Shown in pieces: positions 63,388 through 64,000 of a DNA stretch of 64,000 bases. The notes under the pieces are model-generated. The model made no database searches, was not told where the DNA came from, and saw only the letters and a list, made by a program, of their open reading frames with translations. The stretch is from an uncultured Thermoleophilaceae bacterium (GTDB lineage Bacteria > Actinomycetota > Thermoleophilia > Solirubrobacterales > Thermoleophilaceae). The stretch spans positions 31,949-95,948 of the forward strand of contig CAVZDS010000005.1 of assembly GCA_963774095.1 (NCBI GenBank), read 5' to 3'. The translations under genes and the position numbers were made by a program. How positions within the stretch are numbered: position 1 is the first letter of the stretch; each line of letters begins with the position of its first letter.

Positions 63388-64000
63388 CCCAGGCCCTGGC
63401 GGGCGATCACGCGCCGCTGGATCTCCGCCGCACCACCCGCGATTGTGCTGGCAGCGCTCGCCCGCGTGAGCGCCGCGACGCGGCCGTCGCCCACGCCCTC
63501 CTCCACCAGCGCAGGCGGACCCAGCAGCCGCACGCCCGTGGCGGCCGTTCGCTGCACGAGCATCGAGATCGAGAGCTTCGCCATCGACGCCGCGGCCGCC
63601 GCCGGGCGGCCCTCGGCGAGCAGCGTGGCGGCGCGGCGCCCCAGCAATCGCGCGGCCTCCGCCTCGCCGCGTAGCCGCCGCAGCGCGAGCCGCTCGCCTC
63701 GGGAGTCGAACTCGGCCTCCAGGTCGTCCAGCACGCGCAGCACGACCCCGACCTTCTCGCTCGTCACGCGCTCGTGGTCGAGGGTGCTCATGAGCACGCC
63801 CCAGCCGCCGTTCAGCTCACCGACCAGCTGGCTGGCCGGCACCTCGACGTCGGTGAGAAAGACCTCGCACAGCACACCGCCGCCCACGGTCTCGATCTCG
63901 CGCACCTCGATTCCCGGCGAGCCCATCTCCGCCACCAGCACCGATACGCCCCGGTGCGGCCTCGAGGCGTCCTCGTCAGTGCGCACGGCGAGGTAGATCC
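63375..64000 (-). CDS. Acyl-CoA dehydrogenase; the 3' part only, as the gene continues beyond the right edge
   Basis: The reading frame is open to position 64000 (...IYLAVRTDEDASRPHRGVSVLVAEMGSPGIEV...). ACAD middle and C-terminal domain features are GGWGVLMSTLDHER and ...AASTIAGGAAEIQRRVIAR. Confidence 0.85.
   Translation of the reverse strand, partial: IYLAVRTDEDASRPHRGVSVLVAEMGSPGIEVREIETVGGGVLCEVFLTDVEVPASQLVGELNGGWGVLMSTLDHERVTSEKVGVVLRVLDDLEAEFDSRGERLALRRLRGEAEAARLLGRRAATLLAEGRPAAAAASMAKLSISMLVQRTAATGVRLLGPPALVEEGVGDGRVAALTRASAASTIAGGAAEIQRRVIARQGLGCAA

Overview
The window is very GC-rich (about 70% by eye) and gene-dense, with roughly 60 CDS and almost no non-coding DNA. Many adjacent genes share 4-nt start/stop overlaps (ATGA, GTGA, TTGA). 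The gene content looks like chromosomal DNA of a deep-branching actinobacterium, possibly a Thermoleophilia-like lineage; that placement is inference from gene content only. I saw no rRNA, tRNA, CRISPR array, transposase, integrase or phage gene.

Gene order, left to right:
- principal sigma factor, orphan pilT, secreted S55 (SpoIVB-type) peptidase, AIM24, HxlR
- a 509-aa orphan with an acidic YEPEP-repeat tail
- a Get3/ArsA-like ATPase pair, head-to-head with an orphan parA that is translationally coupled to an ftsZ carrying a ~160-aa N-terminal extension
- a frameshifted ggt
- an LAL/LuxR regulator flanked by a small anchored protein and an S8 protease
- a Lon-N domain protein, a Tat-exported PhoX-like enzyme, and three unknown proteins
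- an MGLP-like operon (methyltransferase, GH57, GT4) with an embedded CPBP protease
- a large amine/polyamine catabolic block: amine oxidase, ADP-forming acyl-CoA synthetase, ACAD, Rieske oxygenase, two TetR regulators, potDBCA, transaminase, CrtI-like oxidase
- an exported GDPD, DmpA, a P-loop protein, an HDAC-like amidohydrolase and an S9 peptidase
- a peptide ABC transporter whose binding protein has a C-terminal TM anchor
- ALDH, transaminase and PuuB-like oxidase behind a frameshifted iclR
- a second Rieske oxygenase, a CocE/NonD hydrolase, a CaiB-type CoA-transferase and an ACAD pair

The best candidate for something undescribed is the ParA-FtsZ module, because the FtsZ N-terminus carries a ParB-like peptide. 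Next is the MGLP-like locus with its CPBP insert. I found no clear novel defence or mobile system; most of the window is ordinary metabolism. All family calls come from motif recognition by eye and not from database searches.
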